DNA from: an uncultured Candidatus Saccharibacteria bacterium
Lineage (GTDB): Bacteria; Patescibacteriota; Minisyncoccia; Phycocordibacterales; UBA9973
Assembly: GCA_964348725.1 (NCBI GenBank)
Contig: CAYGDG010000003.1
Location: 30,775 to 94,774, forward strand
Direction: 5' to 3'
Length of the DNA: 64,000 nt
The first letter of the stretch is position 1. The number at the start of each line of letters is the position of its first letter. The notes beneath the pieces are model-generated. The model was not told the origin of the DNA, ran no database searches, and worked only from the letters and a program-made list of their open reading frames with translations. The position numbers and the translations under genes are program-made. Below, piece by piece: positions 45,854 through 54,699 of the stretch.

Positions 45854-46630
45854 ATGTCGACACTTTCGCAGATAAATGAGCTTTTAAGAAAATCATCTCT
45901 TTTAAATGAAAAAGAGATTTTAGTATACGAGGCATATATCGGGCAAAAATTTTTGAGTCCGACACAGATTTCCCGCATAACAGGGATAAAACGCACGACT
46001 GTCTACCTTGTATTGGAAGAATTAAAACAAAAAGGTTTATTGATTGAAAAAATAAAAGGCAAAAGAAAAGTGGCCGGCCTTGCTCCGGCTCAAACACTGA
46101 GGCATTTAGTGAATCATGAAGAGGAGAAAGTAAAAGAAAAAAGTAATATGGTGCGCAATATAATTCTTCTTTTGGAAAATTTGCAAAAAAATGCTAACGA
46201 AGAAACTGAAATAGAAATCTTGGAAGGCAAAAATGGAGCTATTGTACTTTTAGAAAAAATTCTAGAACAAAAAGAAAATATTTATTGGCTTGGCTCTTTA
46301 GACACTATTTTGCAAATATTTGAAGAAGAAAAACTGTATAAATTGTTTACTTGGAAGCGAATGGATACAAAAACAGTTTCATATGCCATTACTGATAGGA
46401 AAATATTGAATAATAAAAAATTTGGAGAAAAAATAGAAGGATTTAGGCAATTTCGTTTTTTGCCTGAAAATTTTGATATACCGGCTCTTATTATTTTGTT
46501 TGGAAATTCAGTCGGGTTGATTCGGATTCATAAAAAAGATTTGAAAATAGTATTTGTTCGGGATAAAAATATTTCAGGAATAGTCAAATTTATGCTCGAT
46601 ATTTTATGGAAGTCGCTTCCGGAACACTAA
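45854..46630 (+). CDS. TrmB-like HTH transcriptional regulator
   Basis: N-terminal winged-helix EILVYEAYIGQKFLSPTQISRITGIKRTTVYLVLEELKQKGLL. Confidence 0.55.
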   Translation: MSTLSQINELLRKSSLLNEKEILVYEAYIGQKFLSPTQISRITGIKRTTVYLVLEELKQKGLLIEKIKGKRKVAGLAPAQTLRHLVNHEEEKVKEKSNMVRNIILLLENLQKNANEETEIEILEGKNGAIVLLEKILEQKENIYWLGSLDTILQIFEEEKLYKLFTWKRMDTKTVSYAITDRKILNNKKFGEKIEGFRQFRFLPENFDIPALIILFGNSVGLIRIHKKDLKIVFVRDKNISGIVKFMLDILWKSLPEH

Positions 46631-46710
46631 AATAAAATTGACGCTAAAATTAATAATTTTTTGGTGTACTTATGATACAATAAACGGAACGAGGCATATT
46701 ATGTCCATTA

Positions 46711-46731
46711 GTTAGCGCTTTAGACCCTAAC
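46711..46731 (+). repeat. REP-B copy 1 (GTTAGCGCTTTAGACCCTAAC)
   Basis: 11 bp upstream of RAYT2 start; exact reverse complement at 47401..47421. Confidence 0.75.
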
Positions 46732-46742
46732 TTATATATATT

Positions 46743-47405
46743 ATGCGCAAAGAACCTTTAATAACAGGAGAGTATTATCACATTTATAATAGAGGCGTTG
46801 ATAAAAGAGATATTTTCAACGATCTCCACGACTCGGAGCGTTTCAAGGAAAGCATCAAAGAATTCAATCAAGTAGATATAGTGGGCAGCCTGCAACGACA
46901 GCATAAAGTAGTTAGGGCTTTAGACCCTAACTATTGCAAAAAACCGCTCGTCGCCATCGTTTGTTTTTGTGTTAATCCTAACCATTTCCATTTTGTTCTA
47001 AAACAGTTGGTTGATGGCGGAATAGCAAAATTCATGCAGAAACTTCTTGGCGGGTATACTTCTTTTTTTAATCAGAAACATCAGCGGTCAGGGTCTTTAT
47101 TTCAAGGAACATTTAAATCAAAATTATTGAGCGATGAAGGTTATTTCAGAAAGATTTTCGCTTATGTTAATCAGAATTATTTAGTGCACTCCATACCGGC
47201 AGAGAAATTGAAATTTATTTTTGCCAGCGATGCGGAATACAGCAAAGGGAATTTTGATTTTATTGACGCTCAAGAGGGGAAAGAGATGCTTGAAGTTTTT
47301 GATGGGGAAGCCGGTTTTAAAAATCATTGCAAAGAAATCATAAGTCTCATCAGGGAAGAGCGAGGCGCGCCTTCCTTGAATGAACCGGATGAACTGCCTT
47401 GTTAG
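46743..47405 (+). CDS. REP-associated tyrosine transposase / IS200-like Y1 HUH transposase (RAYT2)
   Basis: 220 aa; GEYYHIYNRG, HUH CVNPNHFHFVL, LLGGYTSFFNQKHQRSGSLFQG; paralog of 18867..19526. Confidence 0.75.
   Translation: MRKEPLITGEYYHIYNRGVDKRDIFNDLHDSERFKESIKEFNQVDIVGSLQRQHKVVRALDPNYCKKPLVAIVCFCVNPNHFHFVLKQLVDGGIAKFMQKLLGGYTSFFNQKHQRSGSLFQGTFKSKLLSDEGYFRKIFAYVNQNYLVHSIPAEKLKFIFASDAEYSKGNFDFIDAQEGKEMLEVFDGEAGFKNHCKEIISLIREERGAPSLNEPDELPC
46911..46931 (+). repeat. REP-B copy 2, in-frame inside RAYT2 (GTTAGGGCTTTAGACCCTAAC)
   Basis: 7-bp arms GTTAGGG/CCCTAAC; encodes VVRALDPNY. Confidence 0.75.
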
Positions 47406-47421
47406 GGTCTAAAGCGCTAAC
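47401..47421 (-). repeat. REP-B copy 3 (inverted), overlaps RAYT2 stop
   Basis: GTTAGGGTCTAAAGCGCTAAC. Confidence 0.75.
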
Positions 47422-47471
47422 CGTAAGGTATTACATTCCACATGCCTGTAAAATAATGCTAGAATATCATC

Positions 47472-48347
47472 ATGCCAGAACCGATACAATCGAATGCCCC
47501 CACTCCTCACGGGGCGGTGAAAACGTATTCCGAGGACATGGCCAAAGCCATAGAAGGCAATGAAGCCGGCCTCATCAAGCAGATAATCAAAGAAGAAGAA
47601 GAGAAAGAACAGGTGAAGAAAAATCTTTCACCCGAAAGCCAGCGGAATAAAACATTCATGCTGATCTCAGTTGTGCTCATTTTCGCCGCATTCATGGCAC
47701 TTGGCGCTATAGTCATAATTGGCAAGCGCATGCACACAGTGGATGTGACGCCGCAATTCGTGCCGCTCATTTTTACCGACAGCATGAAGACGCTGGAAAT
47801 CGCCGGGCTGAATAAAGAAAAAATATTGGAAACGATACATGCCGGAGTTTCCGGAAGCAAAGTAAAGGCAGGCGGCGTGGAAGGAATTTATCTTACTGAA
47901 GGCGGAAAATATATCGGCTTGCGCAGATTCCTGAGTTTACTCAAAGCGAATATAGATCAGGCAAAGCTCACATACGTTTCTGATAATTTTTTCATCGGCG
48001 CCGTAAAGGACGGAGCGAGTGAAAATGCGAACGAGCCGGCAGTCTTGATAAAGACCCGTGCTTTTGAAGACATATTTGAGCCGCTGCAGGCATGGGAAAG
48101 CAAGATGTACCAAGACCTACACATCCTGTTCGGCGATACTATAAATACAGACACAAATTATTTGCTGACCAAGAATTTTGAAGCGGGAGTGATAGAAAAT
48201 AAAGACGCCCGCATCCTATACCGGACGGACGGCACCATCGCTCTGTTTTATCTTTTTGCGGACGATACGTCCGTCATCATCGCCCGTTCCGAAGAAGCGG
48301 CCCGCGAAATCGTCATCCGCCTTGCTTCTTCCAAAGTGAAACGCTAG
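47472..48347 (+). CDS. Hypothetical single-TM protein
   Basis: 291 aa; TM FMLISVVLIFAAFMALGAIVIIG. Confidence 0.45.
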   Translation: MPEPIQSNAPTPHGAVKTYSEDMAKAIEGNEAGLIKQIIKEEEEKEQVKKNLSPESQRNKTFMLISVVLIFAAFMALGAIVIIGKRMHTVDVTPQFVPLIFTDSMKTLEIAGLNKEKILETIHAGVSGSKVKAGGVEGIYLTEGGKYIGLRRFLSLLKANIDQAKLTYVSDNFFIGAVKDGASENANEPAVLIKTRAFEDIFEPLQAWESKMYQDLHILFGDTINTDTNYLLTKNFEAGVIENKDARILYRTDGTIALFYLFADDTSVIIARSEEAAREIVIRLASSKVKR

Positions 48348-48363
48348 GTGATATACTTGTTAT

Positions 48364-48723
48364 ATGACTTTAGACAAGAAACAACTGAAAGAGAAGCTGG
48401 AGGCGGAGCGCGACGTCCTGTTTGAAGAGATGAAAGATATCGGGGTTTTTAATCCGGAGACTAAGACATGGGAAGCTACTCCGGAACCGCAACCTTTTCC
48501 TGAAGCGGATCAAAATGATGCCGCGGACAGATTTGAAGATTTTGAAGAGCGTACCTCACTCCTTCGCGATTTGGAAAAGCGTTTAAAGAGCATCCTGAAT
48601 GCCATTAAAAATTTCGGCAGTTCAGGCTTTGGAAAGTGTAAAGTGTGTAAGAAGGAAATAGAAGCGGCGCGGATGAAAGCAAATCCGGCGGCACGTACGT
48701 GCATGAAGCATTTGAATGATTAA
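48364..48723 (+). CDS. DksA/TraR family C4-type zinc finger protein
   Basis: CKVCKKEIEAARMKANPAARTCMKH. Confidence 0.65.
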   Translation: MTLDKKQLKEKLEAERDVLFEEMKDIGVFNPETKTWEATPEPQPFPEADQNDAADRFEDFEERTSLLRDLEKRLKSILNAIKNFGSSGFGKCKVCKKEIEAARMKANPAARTCMKHLND

Positions 48724-48733
48724 ATAAAAAAAT

Positions 48734-50281
48734 ATGAGTTTCGCTCGCGTATATTCCGCGCAAGTGAGCCTCCTCGAAGGTCAAATAGTTACCATAGAAG
48801 TGGACACCTCCCGCGGTCTGCATTCTTTCTCCGTTGTCGGCTTGCCGGATAAGGCGGTGGATGAGTCTAAAGATCGCGTGTCTTCCGCTATCAAGAATTC
48901 GGGTTACAAATCACCGAAAGCACAGAATCAGAAAATCATCGTCTCCCTTTCGCCGGCAGACCTGAAAAAAGAAGGACCGTTTTTTGACCTGGCCATCGCT
49001 CTTTCTTATATGCTCTCAGCCGGGGATATAAAATTCGATCCGGAGAAAAAAATATTCCTCGGTGAGCTTGGACTCGATGGAGCGCTGCGGCGTACGCGCG
49101 GCGTGTTGCCTATTGTGCAGGAGGCAAAAAAGCGCGGCTTTGAAGAAATTTATCTGCCGATGGAAAATGCCGAAGAAGCAGCTTTAGTTTCTGACATCAA
49201 AATATTTCCAGCCGGCAGCCTACGCGAAGTGGCGGATCATATCAATACGCTGCGCGATATGCCTGAAGGGAAACGCCGACAGATAACCGTGCAGCCGCAG
49301 ACGGAAATAAAATATGAAGCCAAGCGTGGCGGAGAATTTGCCGATATTCGCGGTCAGGAGAGCGCCAAGCGCGGGCTTGAGATCGCCGCTGCCGGCGGGC
49401 ACAATATAGCGATGTACGGCCCGCCGGGCACAGGTAAGACAATGCTCGCTCGCGCTTTTACCGCACTCCTGCCTGATTTGTCGCTTGAAGAAGTGCTGGA
49501 GATAACCGGCATTCATTCGGCCGCAGGTGCAGCGCGTGGGGAGCTCGTGTCCTCACCGCCCTTTCGCGCACCGCATCATACTTCTTCATATGTATCGCTC
49601 ATCGGTGGCGGTACTTTTCCGAAGCCAGGTGAAGTGACCCTCGCCCATCGCGGAGTATTATTTCTTGACGAATTTCCGGAATTTGAAAAGCGCGTGCTGG
49701 AATCTTTGCGTCAGCCGCTTGAGGATAATGTCGTCTCCATCGCTCGCGCCAAAGGCACCGCCATCTTCCCGTCAAATTTTATTCTGGTCGCCGCCATGAA
49801 TCCGTGCCCGTGCGGCAATCAGGGCAACAAACAGAAAGCATGCATCTGCAAGCCGACTGACCTGGACAGATACAAAAGAAAACTTTCCGGACCGATAATG
49901 GATCGCATTGATCTATGGGTGTCGGTAGGAAACATTGATTATAAAAAGCTTGGCGAAGAAGGCGGCGGCGAGCGCACCGAACACATCCGCGCCCGCGTGG
50001 AAAAAGCGCGAGAAAAACAGAAAGAAAGATTTAAAAATGCGGGCCGGAATATCCGCGCGAATAGCGATATGTCAGCCAAAGACCTTTCTGTACTCATCAA
50101 GCTCGCGCCCGAAGTGCGCGAAGTCTTGGATAACAGCGCTGAACGCCTCGCGCTGTCCGCCCGCGCATACCACCGCGTCATCAAACTCGCCCGCACCATC
50201 GCCGACCTGGAAAACAGCGAAGACGTCAAAGAAAATCACATCATGGAGGCGATACAGTATCGGCCAAAAGTTAATTTATAA
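48734..50281 (+). CDS. comM: YifB/ComM Mg-chelatase-like AAA+ protein
   Basis: 515 aa; Walker A GPPGTGKTM, Walker B VLFLDEFPEF, Cys cluster CPCGNQGNKQKACIC. Confidence 0.85.
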   Translation: MSFARVYSAQVSLLEGQIVTIEVDTSRGLHSFSVVGLPDKAVDESKDRVSSAIKNSGYKSPKAQNQKIIVSLSPADLKKEGPFFDLAIALSYMLSAGDIKFDPEKKIFLGELGLDGALRRTRGVLPIVQEAKKRGFEEIYLPMENAEEAALVSDIKIFPAGSLREVADHINTLRDMPEGKRRQITVQPQTEIKYEAKRGGEFADIRGQESAKRGLEIAAAGGHNIAMYGPPGTGKTMLARAFTALLPDLSLEEVLEITGIHSAAGAARGELVSSPPFRAPHHTSSYVSLIGGGTFPKPGEVTLAHRGVLFLDEFPEFEKRVLESLRQPLEDNVVSIARAKGTAIFPSNFILVAAMNPCPCGNQGNKQKACICKPTDLDRYKRKLSGPIMDRIDLWVSVGNIDYKKLGEEGGGERTEHIRARVEKAREKQKERFKNAGRNIRANSDMSAKDLSVLIKLAPEVREVLDNSAERLALSARAYHRVIKLARTIADLENSEDVKENHIMEAIQYRPKVNL

Positions 50282-50285
50282 AAAT

Positions 50286-50672
50286 ATGCAAAAAGATTTT
50301 GATTCTTGGAACAGACTTAAAAAAGAGATTGACCGAAAAGACATTACAAGAGAGAGATTTTTCAACGAACGAGAAATATATTGGGGTTCTTTGGGTTTAA
50401 ATATCGGTTTTGAACAAGACGGCAAGAACGAAAACTTTGAAAGACCGCTTTTAATAATAAGAAAGTTCAATAGAAATATTGTCTGGGCGGTCCCGCTTAC
50501 GAGCGTGGCTAAAGAAAACAAATTTCATTTCAAATTTAAAAATAGCGGTTCTTTTGTGATTCTTTCGCAAATCCGACTCGTAGATACGAAAAGAATGCTC
50601 CGTTTGATAGAAAAAATAAACGAAGAGGAATTCAAAGAAATTGTCTCTAGAATAAAAGCTCTTTTCCCATAA
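50286..50672 (+). CDS. MazF/PemK-like endoribonuclease toxin (no obvious cognate antitoxin)
   Basis: REIYWGSLGLNIGFEQDGKNENFERPLLII ... VWAVPLTS; starts 4 nt after comM stop. Confidence 0.55.
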   Translation: MQKDFDSWNRLKKEIDRKDITRERFFNEREIYWGSLGLNIGFEQDGKNENFERPLLIIRKFNRNIVWAVPLTSVAKENKFHFKFKNSGSFVILSQIRLVDTKRMLRLIEKINEEEFKEIVSRIKALFP

Positions 50673-50681
50673 AAAGCGAAA

Positions 50682-50699
50682 CCCCGCCGTGAGGCGGGG
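50682..50699 (+). terminator. GC hairpin after MazF-like gene (no clear T-run)
   Basis: CCCCGCC-GTGA-GGCGGGG. Confidence 0.4.
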
Positions 50700-50776
50700 A
50701 ATCTCGGGGGACTTACGTCCATTTACCTTTATAGTATATACCTATTAAAAACTAAAGTCAAGCATCTCATATAGAT

Positions 50777-50995
50777 TTAATGATTTAAAAGCCGTTTTTC
50801 AAATTTCTCCGCTATGATAGAAATTCCGCCGGAGGCGACAATAACTAAAAGACCCATAAAGACACCGCCCGCAATGTCATCGTCGGGCCGAACTATGAAT
50901 AAGTATGCTTCCCCGGTAAGAATAAGAGCAAGGACGGCTCTCGCGCAGTATTTTATAGTTCGCGCTATGAGAAGAAATGTTTTTGTTCGTTTCAT
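50777..50995 (-). CDS. Small membrane protein
   Basis: 72 aa; two hydrophobic helices. Confidence 0.4.
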   Translation of the reverse strand: MKRTKTFLLIARTIKYCARAVLALILTGEAYLFIVRPDDDIAGGVFMGLLVIVASGGISIIAEKFEKRLLNH

Positions 50996-50996
50996 G

Positions 50997-51194
50997 TTAT
51001 TTATATTCCAAGATATCGCCGGGCTGGCACTCTAAAGCTTTGCAGATGGCTTCCAATGTCGGCAGACGAACAGCTTTTGCTTTTCCGTTTTTCAAGATAG
51101 AAAGGTTCGCCATCGTTATGCCCACTTTTTCTGAAAGCTCGGTCAGACTCATTTTTCTTTTCGCCAGCATTACATCTAGGTTTATGATAATCAT
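50997..51194 (-). CDS. XRE-family HTH transcriptional regulator (Cro/CI-type)
   Basis: MSLTELSEKVGITMANLSILKNGKAKAVRLPTLEAICKALECQPGDIL. Confidence 0.7.
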   Translation of the reverse strand: MIIINLDVMLAKRKMSLTELSEKVGITMANLSILKNGKAKAVRLPTLEAICKALECQPGDILEYK

Positions 51195-51198
51195 ATAT

Positions 51199-51702
51199 TT
51201 ATACAGTTAAGTCGTTCTCATTTTTCATATCAATCGCATTTTGCAAGAGCCGCTCCAGCACTTCGGCGCATATGCCGACAGTTATCGGTACGCAGGCGAA
51301 GACAAAACCGAACAAGAGAAGGCCCGGCGCATCATCCGCATCGGCGATAGGGTAGAGGAGGGGCAAGCCGGAGAGATATATGATACCGATGATGACCGCC
51401 GCGTATTTTATTTTTTTCAAAGCCCGCATAGATTCGTCCGAAAAAGTTTTCCCTTTATCAATATAGCGGAGTAATTTCAAAATCTGCCACAGTCCGAAGA
51501 AGAAAGGTATCACGGTGGCATAGAGGCCCAGCACGAGAGGAGGGAACACATAATAAAGCCCCGGAAATTCTATCGGACCGTCTTTCCAGATGCTTGGAAA
51601 TACAAAAATGCAAAAAAGAACCACAATTCCTACTATCACGAACAAAGCTACTTTTAATATGAGCGTCGCGCCCTTTCTCACTATAAGATTATTTTCTTTC
51701 AT
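51199..51702 (-). CDS. Polytopic membrane protein (DUF2975-like partner of XRE regulator)
   Basis: 167 aa, 4 TM; adjacent to XRE regulator. Confidence 0.45.
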   Translation of the reverse strand: MKENNLIVRKGATLILKVALFVIVGIVVLFCIFVFPSIWKDGPIEFPGLYYVFPPLVLGLYATVIPFFFGLWQILKLLRYIDKGKTFSDESMRALKKIKYAAVIIGIIYLSGLPLLYPIADADDAPGLLLFGFVFACVPITVGICAEVLERLLQNAIDMKNENDLTV

Positions 51703-51864
51703 ATCTTAAATATAGCATATTATTATCGTATTGCAATACTTTCTTATCGTTTAACGATATATTTATTACATAGGCCAGGGATACGATGTATGTGGCCTCA
51801 AAAATTACAAATCAGGGTGAATTCATCGTTGTTAGACTTTCTGCTATCACAGAGTTTCTAACAT

Positions 51865-52632
51865 TTATTTCTGGAGCGCTTTTGCCCCCAGCCAAGCCAG
51901 TTCAAATATCTTTCTCTGCGAACTAGAGATTTCTTCGCTCTCAATAATTACGGCAAATTTTTCTCTCCAAGAAACTGCCAGGACTTTATTGTTGTAAATA
52001 TTAGTTTCCACTGAAAAGTAAAATTTATCTTTCGGGATTAGTACCGATTCGCGCAATTCTTCTTTATCGTGGGCGACGACTGCGCGGCTCTCGGCGTCAT
52101 CCGGAGCGATGACTCTCACTCTGATACCTTCTTCAATTTTTCTTTTTGTATAATCTTTAAAATACTCTCGGCTGATTGCTCTAAACATATCAGTACCGAC
52201 AGCGTACGCTAAAATTTCTCCTTTTGCCGTCAAAGTATCTTCAAAAGCCTCTTTCATCCTATCAACTCCCTCATAAAATTTCACTTTAGGTTTTTCTTTC
52301 ACATTATATACAGACAAAAGCTCCGGCATTAAATTTTGCACCAGTCGGATTTTTTCTTTGTCCTGTTTTATCTTATTTTCCAAAAAAGAAATAACCTTCT
52401 CCGGGTTTTCCGGCGCGAATTTCTGGATTTTACTTTCCCCGACAAAATTTACCAATCCTTTATTCGCCAGAGATTCTAAAATAGGGTAGCCGGTAGTCCT
52501 GTTTATCTGTGCCGCCCTGGCTATTTCTGTCATCGTGGAAGTGCCGAGCTCTAAAAGGGCAAGATATACGCCCGCTTCTTTATTGCTCAATCCTAAATCT
52601 TCTAATTGTTTTTCGCTGACCATATTAAGCAA
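51865..52632 (-). CDS. TrmB-like HTH transcriptional regulator
   Basis: NKEAGVYLALLELGTSTMTEIARAAQINRTTGYPILESLANKGLV. Confidence 0.55.
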   Translation of the reverse strand: MLNMVSEKQLEDLGLSNKEAGVYLALLELGTSTMTEIARAAQINRTTGYPILESLANKGLVNFVGESKIQKFAPENPEKVISFLENKIKQDKEKIRLVQNLMPELLSVYNVKEKPKVKFYEGVDRMKEAFEDTLTAKGEILAYAVGTDMFRAISREYFKDYTKRKIEEGIRVRVIAPDDAESRAVVAHDKEELRESVLIPKDKFYFSVETNIYNNKVLAVSWREKFAVIIESEEISSSQRKIFELAWLGAKALQK

Positions 52633-52873
52633 GTATATACCTAAGTATAAATTGTGTCAATCTCTTTCAACAAATTATGTTAATAATTTTAATCTTATAA
52701 ATTAAGATTATTTATGAATAAGTAGGGACTATTTTAAATAAATTGTCTAAATAACTTGACAAATAGGAAAACTCTTGCTAAACTACCAAGCAAGAAAGGT
52801 TATTTGAAAAATGATTTGATTGGTTGCCCGGGGCGATTCTAGAAGCCCCGACCAACCAATTAATCTACATAAC

Positions 52874-53584
52874 ATGAAAAAAATACAATTAAACAATGAA
52901 TCTTATTTATTCCACATGGGATGTAAATACAACCCCGATTCAAAAAAAGCAATATTGATAGTACCAAGTGGTGCTGGATACTATGCTGAAAATGAAACAT
53001 ATGGAAAATTCAGCAACCATATTGATAACTTCGTCTTGAGTTTGAGTGATACACACAATGTTTACTACTTAGTTCTTCCTGGGCAGGACCCAAGTATTAA
53101 CGAAGGGTCATATTCATGGGAAGCAAGTGTGCGCGCAACAGCAGAAGCGGTAAAACTTATACAAAAAAATCATTCTCTTATAGGAATCGTCGGAATGTGT
53201 ACCGGTGGAGTGATTGCTGTGGAAGCGTTAGCGTTTCTTGGCTTAAGTTCTTTGCCAATTGTCCTGTACAACAGTTCGTATTGGGTAGGTTGGCAGAAAC
53301 CCAAAATTCAGGATGATTTTCATAATGATTATCCTCATGTGCGCTTGGACCGGCAATCTCTTCTAAGAGCGCCAAATCCTGTTGATATTATTCCTAAACA
53401 TAGAGGAAGAATATTTCAGATACTGTGTCGTGTTTCACGCTATCCTGTAGGATTTCAACAAAAAATGAAAGACAAAAAGAAAGACATTGAACAGGTACTT
53501 TTCGATAATCTTGGAGATGTTCCTGATTCGGAAGCGTATGAGTATCAAGGAATGATTAGTATAATAACTCATTTCTTTTCTTAA
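52874..53584 (+). CDS. Alpha/beta-hydrolase-like protein (GxCxG nucleophile elbow)
   Basis: Internal ATG of ORF 52820..53584; IGIVGMCTGGVIAVEA resembles dienelactone-hydrolase-type Cys nucleophile. Confidence 0.45.
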   Translation: MKKIQLNNESYLFHMGCKYNPDSKKAILIVPSGAGYYAENETYGKFSNHIDNFVLSLSDTHNVYYLVLPGQDPSINEGSYSWEASVRATAEAVKLIQKNHSLIGIVGMCTGGVIAVEALAFLGLSSLPIVLYNSSYWVGWQKPKIQDDFHNDYPHVRLDRQSLLRAPNPVDIIPKHRGRIFQILCRVSRYPVGFQQKMKDKKKDIEQVLFDNLGDVPDSEAYEYQGMISIITHFFS

Positions 53585-53638
53585 CTCAAAATTAATTAAA
53601 TTTTTGAAAGCGCCGGGAGGTTATTATCCTGGCGCTTT

Positions 53639-54295
53639 TTAATTTTCTAAACTTCTAAAATGTTCTAGAGTGAATTCCTTGAGAGATGCGAGCGTGAGGT
53701 CGGCGATGCCGAATCGTTTATCATTGAATACAGTGGAATCCGGTACGGCGACACATTTCATTTTTGCGGCTTTAGCGGCCAATACGCCATTCGCAGAATC
53801 TTCAAATACCAGGCATTCGCCCGTCGGAACCCCCAGCTTTTCAGCAGTGGTGATGAATACGCCCGGATGCGGCTTGCCGTACGGTTCATGTTCTGCGGAA
53901 TGAATCACTTTCATTTTGTCTTTAATAGAGACCCGTTCAAGCACTGCATCAATGACGGCCATAGTGGAAGATGAAGCGATGGCCATTGGGATTTTCTGCG
54001 AAGCGAACAAGCTGATAATTTCTTCTACGCCAGGCATCGCTTTTCCTTCAGCGCGAATCAGGCTTATTACTTCTTGCAGAATATCTGAAACCATTTTTTC
54101 TTTTGTCACCGGTAAAGCGTACCTGCCTGCCCAATATTCCACGACTTCATCTATCCGCATACCCATCGTCTGCTTACACATGTCTATGGTAAGGGGAATA
54201 CCCATGCCGTTATATACCTTTACTAAAGACCTGCGCCAGACAGGCTCCGAATCAATCAGCAGTCCGTCCATATCAAATATTACAGCTCGTATCAT
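53639..54295 (-). CDS. HAD-IA family hydrolase (beta-phosphoglucomutase-like)
   Basis: MIRAVIFDMDGLLIDSEPVW motif I; VFEDSANGVLAAKAAKM motif IV. Confidence 0.75.
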   Translation of the reverse strand: MIRAVIFDMDGLLIDSEPVWRRSLVKVYNGMGIPLTIDMCKQTMGMRIDEVVEYWAGRYALPVTKEKMVSDILQEVISLIRAEGKAMPGVEEIISLFASQKIPMAIASSSTMAVIDAVLERVSIKDKMKVIHSAEHEPYGKPHPGVFITTAEKLGVPTGECLVFEDSANGVLAAKAAKMKCVAVPDSTVFNDKRFGIADLTLASLKEFTLEHFRSLEN

Positions 54296-54342
54296 CGGTA
54301 GAGTATAGCAAATAAAAGATAGATTTTAAAAGGATTATTCGG

Positions 54343-54351
54343 TTATCCACA
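54343..54351 (+). promoter_or_regulatory. Perfect DnaA box TTATCCACA upstream of small ORF 54429
   Basis: exact 9-mer. Confidence 0.35.
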
Positions 54352-54428
54352 CATTTCCTTTGACAGTGAACGAGCGTTCACTTATACTATATACATAACA
54401 AATTATTAGCGATAAGAAATATAAACCT

Positions 54429-54626
54429 ATGTCACAAGCACAATACTTAAAGATGTTGGAAAGGGAAATACAGAGGATTAACAAGGTCATAGACCATAAG
54501 ATCCTCCAGGGCCAGAATTATATGAAAGAAGCCTCTGAGCATAAACTCTTGCTCCGCAAAGTGCGCTATCATTCCCGCCGCGGAATCTTAAGCAAATTTT
54601 TTCCATCTCTCGCATTTCAATTCTAA
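54429..54626 (+). CDS. Hypothetical small basic protein
   Basis: 65 aa ORF upstream of lexA. Confidence 0.3.
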   Translation: MSQAQYLKMLEREIQRINKVIDHKILQGQNYMKEASEHKLLLRKVRYHSRRGILSKFFPSLAFQF

Positions 54627-54633
54627 GATACCT

Positions 54634-54699
54634 GTCCCGTTAGAAATTCTACTGACGGGAATAAAGATAGAAAATTATTATTTTAAATTTCTGACGGGA
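54634..54699 (+). promoter_or_regulatory. Candidate LexA operator(s) upstream of lexA
   Basis: Inverted repeat TCCCGT-N14-ACGGGA (54635..54660) containing TAGAAATTCTA; CTGACGGGA repeated at 54652..54660 and 54690..54698. Confidence 0.35.

Larger units (their letters stand above)
46711..47421 (+). mobile_element. REP-RAYT-REP unit / IS200-like minimal element (RAYT2 with inverted REP-B copies)
   Basis: Y1 HUH transposase flanked by 21-bp inverted copies. Confidence 0.6.

Noticed and set aside
49935-50672. 245-aa ORF spanning comM 3' end and MazF-like gene
   Set aside because: Upstream part overlaps comM in another frame; MazF homology starts at Met 50286.
54634-54699. Canonical Cheo-box or E. 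coli SOS box upstream of lexA
   Set aside because: Neither GAAC-N4-GTTC nor CTGT-N8-ACAG present; only a non-canonical palindrome, reported as a low-confidence candidate instead.
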